From contig NZ_LGHJ01000017.1 of NCBI RefSeq assembly GCF_001306055.1, positions 180,001 through 212,000 of the forward strand: a DNA stretch of 32,000 nt. Reading direction: 5' to 3'. Position numbers and translations under genes: made by a program. Positions 31,290 through 32,000 of this stretch are shown here, in pieces. Every line of letters begins with the position of its first letter. Position 1 is the first letter of the stretch. A model generated the notes under the pieces. The model worked only from the letters and a program-made list of their open reading frames with translations, ran no database searches and was not told where the DNA came from. Source of the DNA: Bellilinea caldifistulae (lineage in GTDB: Bacteria; Chloroflexota; Anaerolineae; Anaerolineales; Anaerolineaceae).

Positions 31290-32000
31290 TTATGCAGTCG
31301 TAAATTGGATCGCGCCATTGAGTGTTTGACCGTAAATATCCATCACGGCGTATGTCAACAGGTAGTTCGTGGATGCGGTCAGGTTGCTGGTCGGATCAAT
31401 GGTGATGATCTTCTTGGTAGCATCAAGCGAATTAGATGTGGTAATGACCGTACCATCCGACGACTTGAGGAGCACCACACCGCTGGTGGCGAAGTCCTTT
31501 AGGGCATTGTTGAAGGTGAGAGTCAGATTCGCGCTGACCGAAACGCCCGTCGCGTCATTGAGCGGTACGCTGCTCATCAGAGCAAGAGCAGAGATCGAGC
31601 CGACACCGGGCACCTGAACAGCGTTGAACCAGTTTGCCCCGTTGAAGTTCGTTGTGTCTTCATCGCCAACCACTCGTTTGACGCTGTCAAAAACGCCGCC
31701 GCCAAGATCAAACTTGTAAACCGTTTTGATTGCCGTGAAGGTAAGCTGCAAGGTTTTTGGCTCAGGTTTTTCGCCTTTGGTGGCGGTTTCCTCTTTAGGC
31801 ATATCGAATTTGCCCTTGAGGTACTGATAGTAGCGGTACTTGCCATTCGACTTCAGGCTGCGAAAACTGAGTGCAAAGTACGGTGCAACTCCCGCATTAT
31901 CAAACATGCGCCCGGTAGTCGGGTCGAAAACCCGTCCGGTGATTTTGGCCAGCATTTCGATGGGCATGCCGGTTACGGTCAGATTGATTTTGGTATCGCC
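31290..32000 (-). CDS. Major tail protein with C-terminal Ig-like (Big_5/SbsA-type) domain; N-terminus beyond the right window edge
   Basis: The track ORF starts at M 31967, but the frame stays open to 32000 (GDTKINLTVTG-MPIEML...), so the gene is probably 5'-truncated by the window. It lies directly upstream of the chaperone. The last ~95 aa (PLNDATGVSVSANLTLTFNNAL...VVLLKSSDGTVI...ITIDPTSNLTASTNYLLTY...DIYGQTL..AIQFTT) fit the bacterial Ig-like pattern. Confidence 0.65.
   Translation of the reverse strand, partial: GDTKINLTVTGMPIEMLAKITGRVFDPTTGRMFDNAGVAPYFALSFRSLKSNGKYRYYQYLKGKFDMPKEETATKGEKPEPKTLQLTFTAIKTVYKFDLGGGVFDSVKRVVGDEDTTNFNGANWFNAVQVPGVGSISALALMSSVPLNDATGVSVSANLTLTFNNALKDFATSGVVLLKSSDGTVITTSNSLDATKKIITIDPTSNLTASTNYLLTYAVMDIYGQTLNGAIQFTTA

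Larger units (their letters stand above)
22606..32000 (-). mobile_element. Siphovirus-type prophage (or phage-derived tail element), tail/lysis arm only; continues beyond the right edge
   Basis: Canonical gene order on one strand with ATGA or few-nt junctions: major tail, chaperone G/GT, tape measure, two tail proteins, fibre, hydrolase, small ORF. It abuts the 3' side of tRNA-Val, and its composition differs locally from the flanking core genes. Confidence 0.75.

Noticed and set aside
1-32000. CRISPR arrays, rRNA genes, IS elements/transposases, toxin-antitoxin pairs and known defence systems
   Set aside because: I found no regularly spaced short repeats. I also found no rRNA-like conserved stretches, no DDE or serine/tyrosine recombinase-like ORFs, and no gene pair with a recognisable TA or defence architecture. 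The NYN-domain gene at 13324..13800 stands alone.

Overview
This is 32 kb of bacterial chromosome, about mid-50s % GC by eye, in two parts.

(1) 1-22.6 kb is ordinary core DNA, mostly reverse-strand genes:
- a partial MFS exporter
- two tandem MerR-type regulators that both carry the full CarH/LitR B12 photoreceptor motif set
- a cytochrome P450 coupled to a Pro/Thr-linker lipoprotein
- an adenosine-specific-kinase-family protein, yhhQ, rsmI, PPK2 and a YceI-like lipoprotein
- the conserved dnaX-ybaB-recR block
- a DUF1992 protein, a membrane-anchored lamin-tail-domain protein and a NYN/YacP-like protein
- tRNA-Arg(CCU), hsp20, birA, gyrA and a pstSCAB operon with no phoU

(2) 22.6-32 kb starts directly after tRNA-Val(CAC). 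It is a tightly packed reverse-strand operon that reads as the tail/lysis arm of a siphovirus-type prophage:
- a major tail protein with an Ig-like C-terminus
- a G/GT-type chaperone with a -1 slippery heptamer
- a 754-aa tape measure with a 22-residue repeat array
- two large tail proteins I cannot classify
- a mosaic tail fibre with an AT-rich C1q-like tip
- a GH25-like wall-hydrolase candidate and a small acidic terminal ORF

The operon runs off the right edge. Head, replication and integrase genes and the second att site are therefore not visible.

I saw no rRNA, CRISPR array, transposase or recognisable defence system.

The items most worth a second look:
- the paired B12 photoreceptor regulators, with shared 11-bp-phased TGTACA operator-like motifs, next to a P450 and an exporter rather than carotenoid genes
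- a structured element with twin C-rich-loop hairpins upstream of tRNA-Arg
- the composition break inside the tail-fibre gene
- the unclassifiable post-tape-measure proteins and the two-gene cassette at the prophage/tRNA junction

All calls come from reading translations and sequence by eye. Coordinates of small motifs were hand-indexed, and no database search or folding program was available.
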